DNA of 64,000 bases, taken from the NCBI GenBank assembly GCA_973851085.1, contig OZ316775.1, positions 19,406,001 through 19,470,000 of the forward strand, given 5' to 3'. Within the stretch, counting starts at the first letter, position 1. Every line of letters begins with the position of its first letter. Origin of the DNA: Ptychomitrium polyphyllum (taxonomy: Eukaryota). Both the position numbers and the translations under genes were made by a program. Positions 13,511-27,200 of the stretch are shown in pieces. Below the pieces are notes generated by a model. The model saw only the letters and a list, made by a program, of their open reading frames with translations. It ran no database searches and had not been told where the DNA came from.

Positions 13511-15783
13511 TCAATTTTCACGTCGCACTGCGAGAGAAGGATTCTCGTCTCGGGAGGCTGGTAGCAAAACAAGAACGTCATGAACCTCAGGCTTGGATGA
13601 TACTCCTTGATCTTTGTCCATGGCATAGCATATGTACACTGTATCTACAATGTTGCTCAGCACGCGAACAAAGAGCACAAGCACTAAAAACACAATTAGC
13701 CAACTAAGAACCGATGCGACCAGCCTCTGGTCCCTCGCCAAGCCTGTTGAAAGAGATAACACTCCATATATCTGCCAACAACATCAAATATTGATAAGCT
13801 GACGGAAACAAATACCCGCATCTTGGGTGCAAGGATGTATCTTGAAGTAATAATGCCTGATTCTAAACAAAGAATACTCCGATTTAAGATACGAGGGGAA
13901 AGGTTAACAAGCCGAGTAGCAAGGACAATGTAACTTACCAGCAGGGCATATGCTACAGAGAGGACAAATGTCACCATAGCCAATAGTCGATCTGAAATAA
14001 CCTCCACGAGCACTGTGGATAGCAAGTTCCTCTTCAAGAGATTGTATGTCATGACAGCTGAAGTATAGAAGCTCTCTCCAGTAATGGCTGCGAAGTTTGA
14101 AGTGAATCTCGTGAAATATTCAACAGCTTCAAGGACCCACTGCAGACAAGCGCGCACAAAGATCGCAAGGGCGCCCTCTTGGGCTCGGTCGTTGTCTGCC
14201 TTGTTCAATGCACCTCGAATCACTCGCACGAAGGCTACGACAAGACCAGCTAGACAGGCTGTTCCGAATGAAGGCCCAAATGCAACCCTACACCACAAAG
14301 GAAGGATTAAGCCCAGAAAACAGGAGAAAGTTCTACTTAGAAGAATAATCTCTAATTGAATAGAGTGTGATCATTATGAAGTGTACACGTAGCCGCAGAG
14401 ATCGCAATCACCTGATAACCAACAGCTGTTAATGTTTTTAAAAACTAGAAGCGGATATCTCTTTCTTCAAGGTGACAGCCAGCTGAGCAGCTTTTACATA
14501 AGCTAGATACTTACTAGTTTGATAGAATTTTAGTTCAGAGGCCTATTACAACTGCAGCTATGATGAATTTCTCAGCTATAGGCCCTTAATGATACTTCAG
14601 TTAGAATGTGATAATGATACTGCAAAGATGCTAAACATTCGATATGAACCATCAATGAAAAGCTGAAATATTTTACATACCTCAATGCATGTTTCGTAGC
14701 GTTCACAGTAGAAGAACCTGCCTGTGCAAAGTACCACTGAGAGATTGCACCACTAATCGTGAGAACCTGAATTTGAGCCATTATCATCGAAGACCAGAGG
14801 ACAGCAAATCCTGCGAGGTAGATGTAATATGGCACCCACGCAGCAGGCTCCCAAACACATGGCGTATCTGTGCCCCTGGTTGAGTGATCTGGGTTTGGCA
14901 CAAACTTTCCATTTGTGTAGGAATATCCCATGAAGGTGACAAATGGCACACAGAATGCAACTAATGCAAGAGATAAACTTGGAAGGACGAACAGAAGCGC
15001 CAGATTTTGATGCAAAGCCTCAGTGGAAGTCTTGACTACTCGTATGGTAAGTTCAATACGGCCCCGATTGGAGTAAATAACGTAGATCATAAGCGCGCAC
15101 ATGAGTAAAATGATCCCAAACAATGCATACTGTCCGGAGGAGTCAAACTCTGTGCGACACTCTATGTTTCGCCGGCAGAAAATGAACCATGTCAGATCCA
15201 GAACTATCGGGAGCAGGACCACGAACGGTAAAGTAGCATACACAAGCTCCTTCGTATATGCTCGCAGCAGAAATAGAACCCCCAAAGCAAATGGGCCACT
15301 CAGGGCAAGTGTTAACCCTAATGTGATCCATATGGGTAATGTCGAAGGTGCCCTGTCTTTGAACATAACTCTTCTCAACATCTGGGGCACAAAGATTTGC
15401 ATAATCTCCCATCTGGCACCAGTAGCTGACATAGGCTCCAATTGCACACTTCGTGAAATAGAACAACCTTGACTTGGATCATATTGTGCGGCCTCAATCC
15501 ATTGATATTCGGGGTTTGAGTTAACAATTCCATAGATGCCAAAGGCTACCGATACAAGCACAACTAGTAGAAAGATGATTGAAAAAACGAGGTCCTGGAA
15601 AGGTCGGAAACCCACATTATAGCCAAACATGGTCGATCCATCCTGAGAAGAAGGAACTGACAGAACGGAATCTGGTTGGATCTGATAGCCCCTTCCTACA
15701 AACTCTGATTTGTCCAGTAATGGCTCTTCGATTCCATCACTCTCGATGTCCTCATACCTGGACGTCCCACCTTCAAGTCCCAT
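13511..15783 (-). CDS. Choline transporter-like (CTL/SLC44) membrane protein; exons 15783-14681, 14287-13939, 13771-13511, with 5' UTR intron(s) upstream
   Basis: RPFQDLVF, multiple TM segments, TISGAISQWYF, AFGPSFGTACLAG, FAAITGESFY, IVDTVYICYAMD; GT-AG junctions. Confidence 0.9.
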
Positions 15784-15927
15784 GCTAGATAGCTACTTTG
15801 CAATCAATCTGAAAAACAGAGTCAACATAAGTGAGGTTAGAATGAAATCTCCTTCCCTACCACTCAAAATTTGCCAAACCTTGAATTGACCACCATTATG
15901 TGTTTCACATCCACTTGTCAGTACAAC

Positions 15928-15987
15928 GAGTCCGGAAAAGCTACAAACTGAACAAAACTGAGTCCGGAAAAGCTACAAACTGAACAA
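15928..15987. repeat. 28-bp direct repeat (32-bp period) in the presumed CTL 5' UTR intron
   Basis: GAGTCCGGAAAAGCTACAAACTGAACAA at 15928 and 15960. Confidence 0.85.
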
Positions 15988-17067
15988 CGAACTGGAATCT
16001 CAACCCTAACTGTATATTTACGACCACTTACAGTACATCTAAAAGCATCTAACATTTAAAGGCAATCGTCTCCTTCTGACAAGTCAGCAATTCCAAATAA
16101 AACCTGCAATTTTCGGACACTACAAAAAGAGGTTTTTACACACAATATTACCTTCAAGTCAGACAGTGTGCTGACAATACAAAATTCGGGAGAACAGAGT
16201 TATTCATAAACTTAACCCTTTTCCCAACCAACCATAATCTCACCAATGATCTCAACTCCTCCATTTGTGTTTTTATTGAAGCACATACTTCAATGACATA
16301 AAGTTTCACCCACTTCTACTAGCACATATTTCAATGCATACACCTTCGGTTACTCATCCACTCATCCACCTTCAGAAACAAAGAGGATGCGTTTACAAAC
16401 ACTAACAAATGCACAATGTAACCCTAAAATCTCTAGTAACACCAATGACATACCTACAACATTTGAATGAGAATCTCCCACTTCCTCTAACACGAGGATG
16501 CACTCGAGTGGAGCTACTAAACTAACAACCTTCAAGCAAAACAGGTTCAAGTTATCATTTGAAAGGACCTGCAATGATGACTGACATGTAAAGAAATCTC
16601 AGAAGATGCTCCATTACTCTCATGTCGATGAGAATAATGAGATTCAAAACTGCAAACGCCCAAGTCACTCCGGAACAAACACCACACGCCAGGTGACCCA
16701 CTCAATCACAGATTCCCTCCTTTCCACATAACACAAAGAACCCAGCTGCGACAAAGCCACAGGAGCCCTACTCGGCAACAAACCATGAAAAGAATTGGCC
16801 AAAGTTCAGACTCAACATCCAACTGAGAAACATGCAACTTTCTCCAGGCTCTCACAATGGAACTTCGTATCAGAACAAAGCAAAGCGGATGGAATCTGAG
16901 ATCTAAGAAGTCCATCAACATGACGTAGTCAGGTCTGAATTAGTACCTACTCAAGGATTCGTTAAGCTTCTGAAAATCTGAGCACGCCCATCATCTGAGC
17001 GCTGCAAGTGGTGCCAGTTTTGATACAACGATTCTACTTGTGCAAGTCTATATTCTCGGATGAGGAA

Positions 17068-17079
17068 CTCCACGTGGAG
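17068..17079. promoter_or_regulatory. Perfect 12-bp palindromic G-box CTCCACGTGGAG upstream of the CTL gene
   Basis: Read directly; function inferred from position. Confidence 0.5.
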
Positions 17080-18517
17080 GACTCAGATCATAAAATGAGC
17101 GTTTATCGCAAACGAGAGAACACCATATACGATTAGAATGTTGCAACAGAAACGCCAGATGTTGACGGCGCTCCTCTTTCGTTCATGTTGGATCGTCGGC
17201 TGGTTCGTTCGTCGGCTTTCAAAAGCAACTTCACGGCGAAACGTTTGCATCCAAAACCTGGTAGACGTTAAGAAAAGGCACGATTCACATGGAAACTTTA
17301 GCAGGTTTGAGTTGGAAACTTCAATATTGATATTTTAGTTTAGAAAGCCTCAAAACTTGTGTTTTGTTTTTGCATGTGATTTGGAGAAGATTTGTATTCT
17401 TTCACATTAAGACTTTAATATGCGATAAGTAAAAAAAATTGTATGTGGTTGTTTGAATATAAGATAAAGAATAAAGGTAAAAAGCATAGGTTTGAATTTT
17501 GAATATAAACAAGTGAACAATATCTCTTCTTTATTGGAATATAATTGTGAATATTATGATTCATTTTGTATAATATAGGATATCCAAATTTAACTCAAAG
17601 TGTGCAATTGTACTAAATTTTACTACTATATTTTTGGAAATTTTAATATATGGACCTTTATTGAATCTATTCTATACCTTAAATATTTTTTTTGAGATTA
17701 TTTGTAAAACACATTTTCAATTGTTAAGCTTTAAAGTTACTTACATAGATATATTTTAGGCTACGACTAGAATTTGTCATAAAAAATAATCTTGTATTTG
17801 TTATGTAGAATTTAAATTAAGGTAAATAATCTAAAAACTAAAAACAATCTTTTAACCATGTAATATAGAATATGAGCAAAACAATAAGGTTTTAATTTGA
17901 AAGCAAAGAAATATCTTCTTAACATTTAAAAGTAAGCACATCAAAAAATAAATTAAAAAATGAGGAAATTTCCAATATGCGTAGGGGACCAACCATTTAC
18001 AAATCCTCACATTTCTTTGTGAAATGATCATTTAATTAAAAAAATTGGTACACCTTTGCAACTTATATGACAAAATCAAAAATAAGATTTTGAATCTTAT
18101 GAATGTGAATTAAGGTAGCTAAAAACCATAGTAATCACAATAATCATTATAAATAATTTCTAAATAATTCTTGGACCTATTTACTATAATATAACTTGAC
18201 TATATTTGAAAGCATCAACTATGGACTATTATGCATTAAATTTATTGATCTTCATAATTATCATATTTGAATAAAACCACCATTCCGGAAGGATTTACTT
18301 AAGAACTTGGGGATTCAACAAGCTTTCCACTTTTAAAACTTGTAGAACTGTTTCTAGTGAAAATAAAAGCATGTAAGACTTGCATTCAGAATCTGCTCAC
18401 CTCTATCTCCAAAAAGCACGTCCTCATTACTATGCAGGACGAATTAACAAGGAAACCCGGCCCCTCCTAATTGTTCAGACTGAATGGAGCTAAGTTATCA
18501 CAAAGCTGAGGCAAGCG

Positions 18518-18555
18518 ATGGGAACGTTATGGGAACGTTATGGGAACGTTATGGG
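18518..18555. repeat. 11-bp tandem repeat (ATGGGAACGTT) x3.5
   Basis: Read directly. Confidence 0.9.
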
Positions 18556-19120
18556 GTTAGTCAGTGTGCATGGTGAAACTCCATGATATACAAAACCCGT
18601 CCAGCCTTCCATCTTAGTTAAGGGATGAAGTTAGCCATCAACCCAAAATCTTCTAAAAAGGCTATTCACATGCTAACTTTGCTCATACCGTCACTTACAC
18701 CTTAGCATTCCATCTAGAGAATTGGATAATACATGCACTTATGTGCTCTACGGTATGCACATGCCAAATTATCCCACAGCATTCTCAGTTGACCATTCAC
18801 AACCAAGGCCCACATACATTGACGATTTATTTTCAAGCTCTAGAGCCCACGGGACTTCACTTCTAAACAGTCATACACGCGCATGATTGACACTGAGTAG
18901 AGGTAAGTTAACTAATTAGTTCACCATTCGCAGTCTAGCTGGAATGTATTTGTATGGTCTGTGTACTTGTTGTCTGTTGCTCCACGTGCCCCTCGTAGAC
19001 CGTCGATCTTGTAAATCTTATGCGGTTGCTTGGTTTTTTTAATTTTTTATCTTATTCTGTTCTGTCGGTTTTGTGTTCTGATGCATAGTTGTAGTGTCTT
19101 TGTTTTTTTATCTTTGACAG

Positions 19121-20472
19121 GTCTGGTCGCGTCGTTTAATTTGGAAGTAGGCATAACTGGTGCCATTTTGACAAAGCTTGACGGTGACTCTCGAGGTGGA
19201 GCTGCATTGAGTGTCAAAGGAGTTGTAAAAGACTGCTATGTTCGATCAGCACTTTCTAGCCTTGCTGTCCTCGTCAGTCATCTAGGATTTCCTATTTCAA
19301 ATAGTGTTCACAGTTTTTGTTCATCTAGTGTTTTAGTATTTTTCTGGACTGGTTGTTTGACTCTCTACGTGGGTATGCAGGTGTCGAGAAAGCCAATTCA
19401 GTTTGTAGGAGAGGGAGAGGGCATGTCAGCGTTGGGACCTTTTTATCCTGATCGAATGGCCAGTCGCATATTAGGAATGGGTGATGTGTTGACGTTTGAG
19501 GAGAAGGCACAAGAAGTGGTACGTGAAGCTGCGAAATTGAACTATCCTGCTATGTTTGTTACTTGTATCGCATATCGTCGTGGTGTTCTATAAGCAGCTG
19601 AGTTGGTCTTTAGCTGTGCTTGTACATTTAAATTACTGCAGAAATGCAAGAGTAGAAATGATTTTCTGGAGTTTTCTAGAGTTGGATATACTTTTCTCTC
19701 ATCGTTGTTGTACTACTTATAGATCGGATGATACTTTCCTAACTCTGCATTTCTAAAAGCCTTGATAGTAAAAATTTATGCCACGATGCTTGATCAGGTG
19801 ACTCCGCAACAAATTCGTGAAGCTGAGAAGAGCCTGAAAATCATGGAATCTTTGATTAACTCCTAGTAAGTGAATCAATTGTGCAACCAGTTATCTCGAA
19901 ATCATGTACAGAGAACTTGAATTCGAACTGAGTTTCTTTTACTGGTTTGCATTAATCGAGTGATGTTTTCTGGGACAGTCAATATGAGTCTACACTTCAT
20001 ACATTTCAGTAGTTGATATCCCTAAGTAATTGTCTGCATGCTGCAGAAGAGAGAGAAGATCCAGGGATTCTTGCCAAATCCCCTGCCAAATGGCGAAGAG
20101 TTGGTTTGGGTTCTGGAAGTTCATAAGAGCAGGTAAAAAACTGTTGTTAACATCTGCCCGTTGGATTTTGTAAATTGACTTGAAGCAAACCTCAAAAAAT
20201 TTCTGGCAAAACCTTGTAATCTTTTGGTAGCTAGAACGTCTCTCTGGTCCGTAGGTCGTTTGCTCGTTTTCAAATTGTTCACATGTGCCGAGCTGTTGCC
20301 TGAAGGCTACTGCCTCTAATACATTCTTTATTAGCGACTTTTCAGGTTAGTGCTTTAGTGGCTCAACTTTTCCAAATGCGAGCACGCATGAAGAATCTGG
20401 CAACCATGATTCAAGGTGGCTCGATACTCGGCATGGACGGCTTAGAAGAGGATTTGAAAGGAGGAAGAACGG
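19121..20472 (+). pseudogene. cpSRP54: Partial, intron-containing chloroplast SRP54 (Ffh) pseudogene fragment
   Basis: [119 protein letters not shown]-terminal exons and most of the first M-domain exon absent. Confidence 0.88.
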
Positions 20473-20699
20473 TAAGCCAATACATCTCACTTATGATGAC
20501 GCTCTCTATCGAAAGCAATTGCAAGGAAGGTCACTTCTAAAGTAGTTAGTCAAAAGACTAAAGCTTTGGCCTGAAAACACGAAGTCATACTCCGCGAGCG
20601 ATTTGAGTCGACGCTGTGGAAGGCATATTAACTCAGTATTTTATTCCACAACACCAAGCACAGAACAAAGAGTGGTCACACAAACCGATAGATAAACCT

Positions 20700-21797
20700 C
20701 TACCACAGTGCTGACAGGAAGGGCTGCTTGTAGGTTTCAATGGCCAAGTTCAGTGTGACTGACAGATCACCGAACTGTGCATTGGCAGCCGGCTCCTGAG
20801 TGGGAATGAGAGTAATCAAAGTGTAGGCGAATGTGTCGACTACAGCCTCCAGGTTCACAAGAGAGATTCGGATGGGCTCGAAGAAGGGCACCAACGTGAG
20901 TAATCCGTGCTTGCCGATGACTACATTAAGGAGGGCCTGGTGCACCTGCACGAATGTCGTGAGGGCCGATACCACGAGCTTCGCATCGTCATCACCTAGC
21001 GGGGAGTTCGAGCTCGCAGACTGCAGGTTAGCGGTCACCTTGGCGATTGTTGTGATGATGTCGGCGAATCCCTGCGCGATCTTGAACCCCTCAAGAGGAG
21101 CATTGATCAGGTTAATCTTCAGAGTTGTAATTCGGAGGTTGTCGGAGAGAGTGGTGATTTCCTTGAACGACTGCACAATGGTCGTTGCCAGTGGCGATGG
21201 ACCGCCGGTCCTCGAACTGTAGTTGGGGATGGGCTGTTCATAGGTGGATATGGCCAATGAAACCGTGGCGGATAGAGAGGCAAATTGCTCGTCGGCAGCC
21301 GACTTCTGAGTTGGGATGAAGGCAATCAACTTGAATGCGAAGGTGTCCACCGTTGCCTCGAGGTACACGAGAGCAACTCGGATGGGTTCAAAGAAAGGGA
21401 CGAGAGAGACCACACCGTGCTTGCCGATCACCACATTCAGGAGCGCCTGGTGCACCTTCACGAAGTCCGTGAGGGCCGCCACAACGAGCTTCGCGTCGGT
21501 GTCGTCAAAGGTATTGTCATTTGAGGTCGGGGTCGGAATCCTAGCAGTGTATTCCGTGATCTTGATGATGATACCGGTAAAACCCTGCGCAATTATGTAA
21601 CCCTACGTAGGCGCGTTTATCAAGTTGATCTTCAGGGTGGCAATGCGGAGGTTATCTGATAGAGTAGTAATCTCCTTGAACGCCTGCTGCACTCTCTCCC
21701 TCGGGGTGGGATCGTACGACAGTGTGCGCGCTGCGGCAACCTGGTAGACCGCCAGGGTTAAGATGAGAAAGCACAATGCCCTGAAAGTGGACGCCAT
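20700..21797 (-). CDS. Secreted protein with two tandem ~160-aa domains resembling fungal UVI-1-like proteins; one in-frame TAG at 21605-21603 (nonsense allele, young pseudogene or readthrough)
   Basis: ORFs 21797-21603 and 21482-20700 are in one frame; signal peptide MASTFRALCFLILTLAVYQVAAA; both repeats contain FKEITTLSDNLRIxTLKINLINAP and FVxVHQALLNVVIGKHG..VPFFEPIR. Confidence 0.8.
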
Positions 21798-22112
21798 CTC
21801 GTCGGATCAGATGTCTCTACCTGGAAATGCAACCAGACATTTCATTCAAAATTTGTTACAATTTGGAAACAATATGAAATACGGAAAAATAATTCAAACT
21901 GAATTGGGGCGCCATGGCATGAAATTCGAAACTTCAAAGTTGGCGAAATTAGTGTTTCGACAACGAAGACTGAAACACGGATAGTGCAGAGAATATATAG
22001 GCAGAAGTGAGACCAACTTCTCAGTACCTCTTACGGTGTTCTGCTGCACCAATGATGTGGAAACGCAAACCTAGCAGAGACTGAGAATTATGATTCGGAT
22101 GACAGCCAACAG

Positions 22113-22120
22113 TTTATATA
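22113..22120 (-). promoter_or_regulatory. TATA box (TATATAAA) of the UVI-1-like gene; 5' UTR intron acceptor at 21821-21822; AATAAA-type signal near 20640
   Basis: Motifs read on the minus strand at plausible spacing from the CDS. Confidence 0.6.
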
Positions 22121-24247
22121 GTAGTGAATGGCGATGGAGTTGATATTTTATGTGTAGAAGTTCGCAACGTCACGTACAAAAGCACTGGGGATTGCAACCG
22201 TGGAGGTGGCGATACCGTCGATTTCTTATCTCCCCGGTCTTGGATGCACTCGATACAGCTATTGTCGTAAACAATAATTTCTCTTGGTTATGATATGCGT
22301 TGACGTTGGAAAGTAATGGCTTGTCCTTGCAGTTCCCCGAGTCCCATGTGAGTCTCGTTGATTATCAAAGGTGTGTTGCTTATAAACCCTCATGCTAATC
22401 CCGTGAGTAGAACACACGAGGTTCTCATGGGGCGTAGGTTCTGCATCCAAAAGTAGTACATGTCTCCCCTCCTATCACGACAGGAGCCAATGTTCTACGA
22501 AATGAAGTAGCTTACATACATCCCATCCAAAGCTTCTCCTGCATGGTTTGGAAACATATGAGGGAGTGATTAACGTCTCCGCACGGGAGGCGGTATTGTT
22601 AATGGACCCTTCAAAGTTCACTGCCCAACAAAGGGATGAGTTAATGCTTATCCGAAGGCCCATGCCCACAGCAACAAAGACCAGACCAACTGGCATTCAG
22701 GTAGTGAAAGCACTCCTGATCATAGTTTGCAGTAACTCATACCTGTTGTGCACTCGGTTTTCCAAGGCTAATTTAGTCTCAGGTTCCTATTTTACACAGA
22801 TTGCCATGATTGGAGCAGAATTCTACGGGTAGATTCTACATGTAAAAGAGATCTATGTCCGTACTGTACTTTTGGATTCCTTTTTAGAAAAGCTGCAGGA
22901 TTGCAGTGCTGGGAAAGTTGTAGTAGCTTTGCTGTACAAGACAGTTTAACCTAGTTAATATACCTCTCAACATTTACAACAACTTTGACACTTCTTTCCT
23001 TCTTTCACATGACATATTGGGGAAATATAAAATATATTATATTGTTAGGGTGTTGTTTTATTAAAATGTAATTTTAAGAGAGTTCCTACAAGTTCCTTGC
23101 CATATATGAAATATATATCCATGTTCTTCTTCAACTCGGATAAACGAGAGTTGAAATGTTGTACTATTTTGTGTTGTAGTTGTATTATAAATAAATATTT
23201 GAAATGAAATTTTTTGTTGGCTTAAATTTTGTCATGAAGTTGAAGTTAGGTAATAAGGTTAAATTGTACATGACACATTTTTATATAATCAATCTTTTTA
23301 GTTCTAAATCATTCTTATAATGTGATTACATTACACATATGATGTGACATTTGTATGAGTAGTTTCATTTAGCAATGTAAATTCTGTTGTTAATGTTAAT
23401 TTCAAACACAAAATAAAGCATGTTACTAGATCATAGCTTATAGATTGTCATTATTTAAGATCTATCTTAGATAAATACAAAACTCAAGATAACACTAATT
23501 ATATCTAATTGTCAAGTTGACCTATAGAAAATATAATACTTTGATTTGGAAAAGCTAAAAGTGATCATTTTTGAATAATTTCTTAATAATATTATATCTA
23601 AAGTATTTCATTCTAATGCTAATAGTACATTCTTTGATTCTTTGACATTATTTATACAGATCATCTTTTTTTAATAGACCTTCTTCTATAAACTCCAATC
23701 AATTTTGTCCATTTAGGTCATTGTTATTAGTGGTACAAGCTAAACAATTTTTAATGATTTACTTCTTCATTTCTTTTGTCATATCATATCAATTCAAATA
23801 AATTATATTGATTTAGATGGAATTATTCTTCAAATTTGGGACTTTTCAAAATTGAATATTAACATCTTTGGAATGTATAAAGTCACAATTATTTAAAAAT
23901 TTCATTGGTTTGCATGAATATATACAAATATATTCAACAAAGCACATTTTAACATTTCTAAACTTATCTTAAAAGTATAAATGTAAAAGTTCCAAAAACA
24001 AATGAGCATGCCAATGCAAGAGTAATGCTTCTTGTTTTAAATATACTACATTTGTACAAGTGTAAGTTATTGAAATCATTCATTTGTAAATTACTTCTAT
24101 TGGATATGATAATTTAAAAAATTAAACTTCACTTTCTTTCACCATTTATTATTTAATGTCTTGACAATGAATTTTCTTAAAGAACTTGAGTCTAATGGAT
24201 GTGTTAAATTTTATCAATTGTTTCTATAAATATGATATTCAAATATG

Positions 24248-24248
<1 letters not shown>

Positions 24249-24279
<31 letters not shown>
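24249..24279. repeat. (TA)n microsatellite in AT-rich island
   Basis: Read directly. Confidence 0.95.
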
Positions 24280-24282
<3 letters not shown>

Positions 24283-27200
24283 GGGGCTAAATACCAAGCT
24301 ATTATCAAATTTTTAATTAAAAAAGATTGGTATCAAATACTACACGTTAATCAACAATATTTATATTTAGAATAGCAATAGCAACTTTAATTAGCTTTAT
24401 GCTGCGGATTTGAATTCCAAGCTCAATGTATACAAAAAAAAATTGTTATTTGAAACGGCAAACATTTTTTTAATATTAGCATTTCTTAATAGATTTGAAA
24501 TCTTTTATATATTTATTTTACTAATAGAATTTTTTCAATCATTTTTGAAGACTTCTTTTATAACTATTAATTGTTCAATTTTAAATTATAGTTTAAATTG
24601 GATATAAAAAAATAGTTGAAGATTATTTCAAGTTTTAGTAAGGAAAAATTCTTTAAAATATTTTTTAAGGGTTGTCTAGTTGGTTATTGAATGGATAGTA
24701 ATTAACTATTAGGAAAATCTTTTAAAAAGTACTTTTGTCTTTAACAAGATATATAACAAGCATTAATAACATAGTGCAAGAAGATACTTAATTTAGGCAA
24801 ATTATTAATTTTTAGCAAGCAATACTATAGTAATTAGTTTATTTGTCATCATTTCTTCTTTGAAATTAGCAGTTTCTAATTAAATATATTTGCTTTAGTT
24901 TTATGTATTTTCTAATATGTGTAATTTTACACTTGTACTTTATGATTTTTTTTTATTCTTCCAAATTATTTTTTTAATATTCTTTTCAATCAATTTTCCT
25001 AAAATTATTATGAAATTAAAAAATCTATTTTGCACTTCTTTAATCCTAAAAACCAACATAATCCAAATTATCCAATAATACTTTCTATTCTTTGTATTTC
25101 ATGCTTTGTAAATGTAATTGATATTAAATGCTTTTGAATATAGAAAAAGAAGATAATATTTCATTAAAAATACAAAAACAAAATTATTTATAAAGGAATA
25201 TTAGTTTAGTAAATCTTCATAGAGCCAAATTTGCTATAAATATTTTTTAATTTTCACCTCACCTAAATGACTTGAATAATTTTATGTTAAAATAATTACC
25301 ACATAAAAGCATTATATTATAAATCCATTTCAATAAATCCTAATTAATTGATGTTAAATAAGTCATTATAAAAGAAATTATAAGGAACTATTTATTTGAA
25401 GTATTGAAAGTTTATTCAAAATTAAATGGTTAAGCCTTATTAAATAGAATTATATAAATAACATTTAGAATTAATATTCTTTAATTCTTATCAAATCAAA
25501 AATATTCCTTTATAAATAATTTTAAGTGGTTTTTTTAAATGTCAAATTGTATTCAATTTACTAAACTTTTGAAATTCAAAAAGCATCAACAATCTTTACA
25601 ACAATGCTTATAAATATATTAAATGAAAAATCACAAATGTTATAATTTTCTTGCAAAACAATGGTTTATAGTTCTTTAAATTTTTATGTATTAAGCAATA
25701 ATTACTTGTTTGAAATTAAATAATTTTGTGCATAGCATATTCCAATTGCTAACATTTAGAAGAGGTTTCTTAATTTTTAAAAACAATCAATGTCCATAAA
25801 ACTCATGAGACTCTCTTTTAAAATCCAATTTTTATTGAATATAAATTACTTGATCAACATTATAGTTAGTCCATTCATAGTACAAACATTCATCATTTGG
25901 TATTGTTGAGTGGAAAACTCAATAGTATCTAATACTAGACTTAGTAGGTTGGCAACATTTTGTTTTTAATAAAATTCATGCAATTTGCTAAATTTCATTT
26001 TTGAATTTGATTCATATATTTTTTGAGAGATAAAACACTATTAATATTGATTAAATTTTTTTGAAATATGCTAGTAATATATATTCAATTAGTTTATTAA
26101 TACTTACAATGTTAAAAGGATTTGGTTGAAGTAAAAAAAATAGAGCATGAAGTTGAGAGTTTTTAAAATTTTAATACGTATGGGTCATTTGTTTAGTCTT
26201 TTTTGAAGATTTTTAAAAAAAAATACATATTTTTACCAAAAAATGAGCAAATATGCATTTTAAAGTATATTTTGGTGAACTAATGAAGAATCTCTACAAT
26301 ATTGAGTCATAGTTGGAAAGGCTCAAAATTTGGACTTCTTTGAAGATAATCAAATTTACTCAAGCCAACCCTCAACTCTTCCAATTGCACCTCAAAACTA
26401 TAAGAACTTAAATGCTTGTACTTTATATTGTTAGAGATTATTATTTATATGAAAAACATACTTTAAAAACAAAAAATAAATAAATTCTTTTTAACAGATA
26501 CTTTCATCGATTTGAAACCAAATTGATTTTTTTTATTGTATAGTAAAGAATGAAGGTTTTTGGATCAATAATTACTAAATAGAAAGAAACTTGTGAAAAA
26601 CCATGAAAAAAACTTGCTAATAAAATATCAAACAATAAAAAAGAGCCAAATATTGAATTTAATACAAAAACAAGACTTTGGTAATTCCAAATGGAACTTA
26701 ATTAAAATGATACATCACATTGTCAACTTTCTTGATTGAGGGTTTTAATACTAGTCTTTGAGGTTCTTAGATCCTGTAAATTTGGATCTACATCCATTGT
26801 CGAAACTAACAAAAAATAGACTAAGGGCTATAATTCAGTAGTATCAATAAGAGAACTTAGTAGTGTCAGGTGATAGTCTTGGTGCGCCGGTAACAAAAGA
26901 TTCTTTTCATGTACATTTGGTACATTATTTCATCTGTATATTATATGATTTCTTTTTTCAAGTTGACAATAAGAATTTGATATTTGAATTGAAAAAGTGT
27001 TTTAAAAGATCTTGTTTTTATTCTTAAAAGTGAGTGGAATGTATTTTTGTTATTTTGAAAAAAATTATGTTCTTATTACATTGCACAAATGTGATTGCTT
27101 TTGAAAACTCAAATATCATATTCTGTATTCTTTTTGTCAAACTTACTAAATGCTTCACAATATTTTGACAAGCCAAAATGTGCAATTAGAGTGCAAAATG

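Noticed and set aside
20833..21600. Plus-strand ORFs of 79-129 aa
   Set aside because: Antisense shadows of the GC-rich UVI-1-like CDS.
21600..21610. The TAG or overlapping GT as a splice site that removes the stop
   Set aside because: Both sides align residue-for-residue with repeat 2, and there is no pyrimidine tract or room for an intron; RNA-seq would settle it.
22950..27100. AT-rich islands (also ~49.7-51.2 kb and ~56.5-59.4 kb) as viral or transposon coding remnants
   Set aside because: No termini or protein motifs recognisable by eye; needs RepeatMasker/BLASTX.
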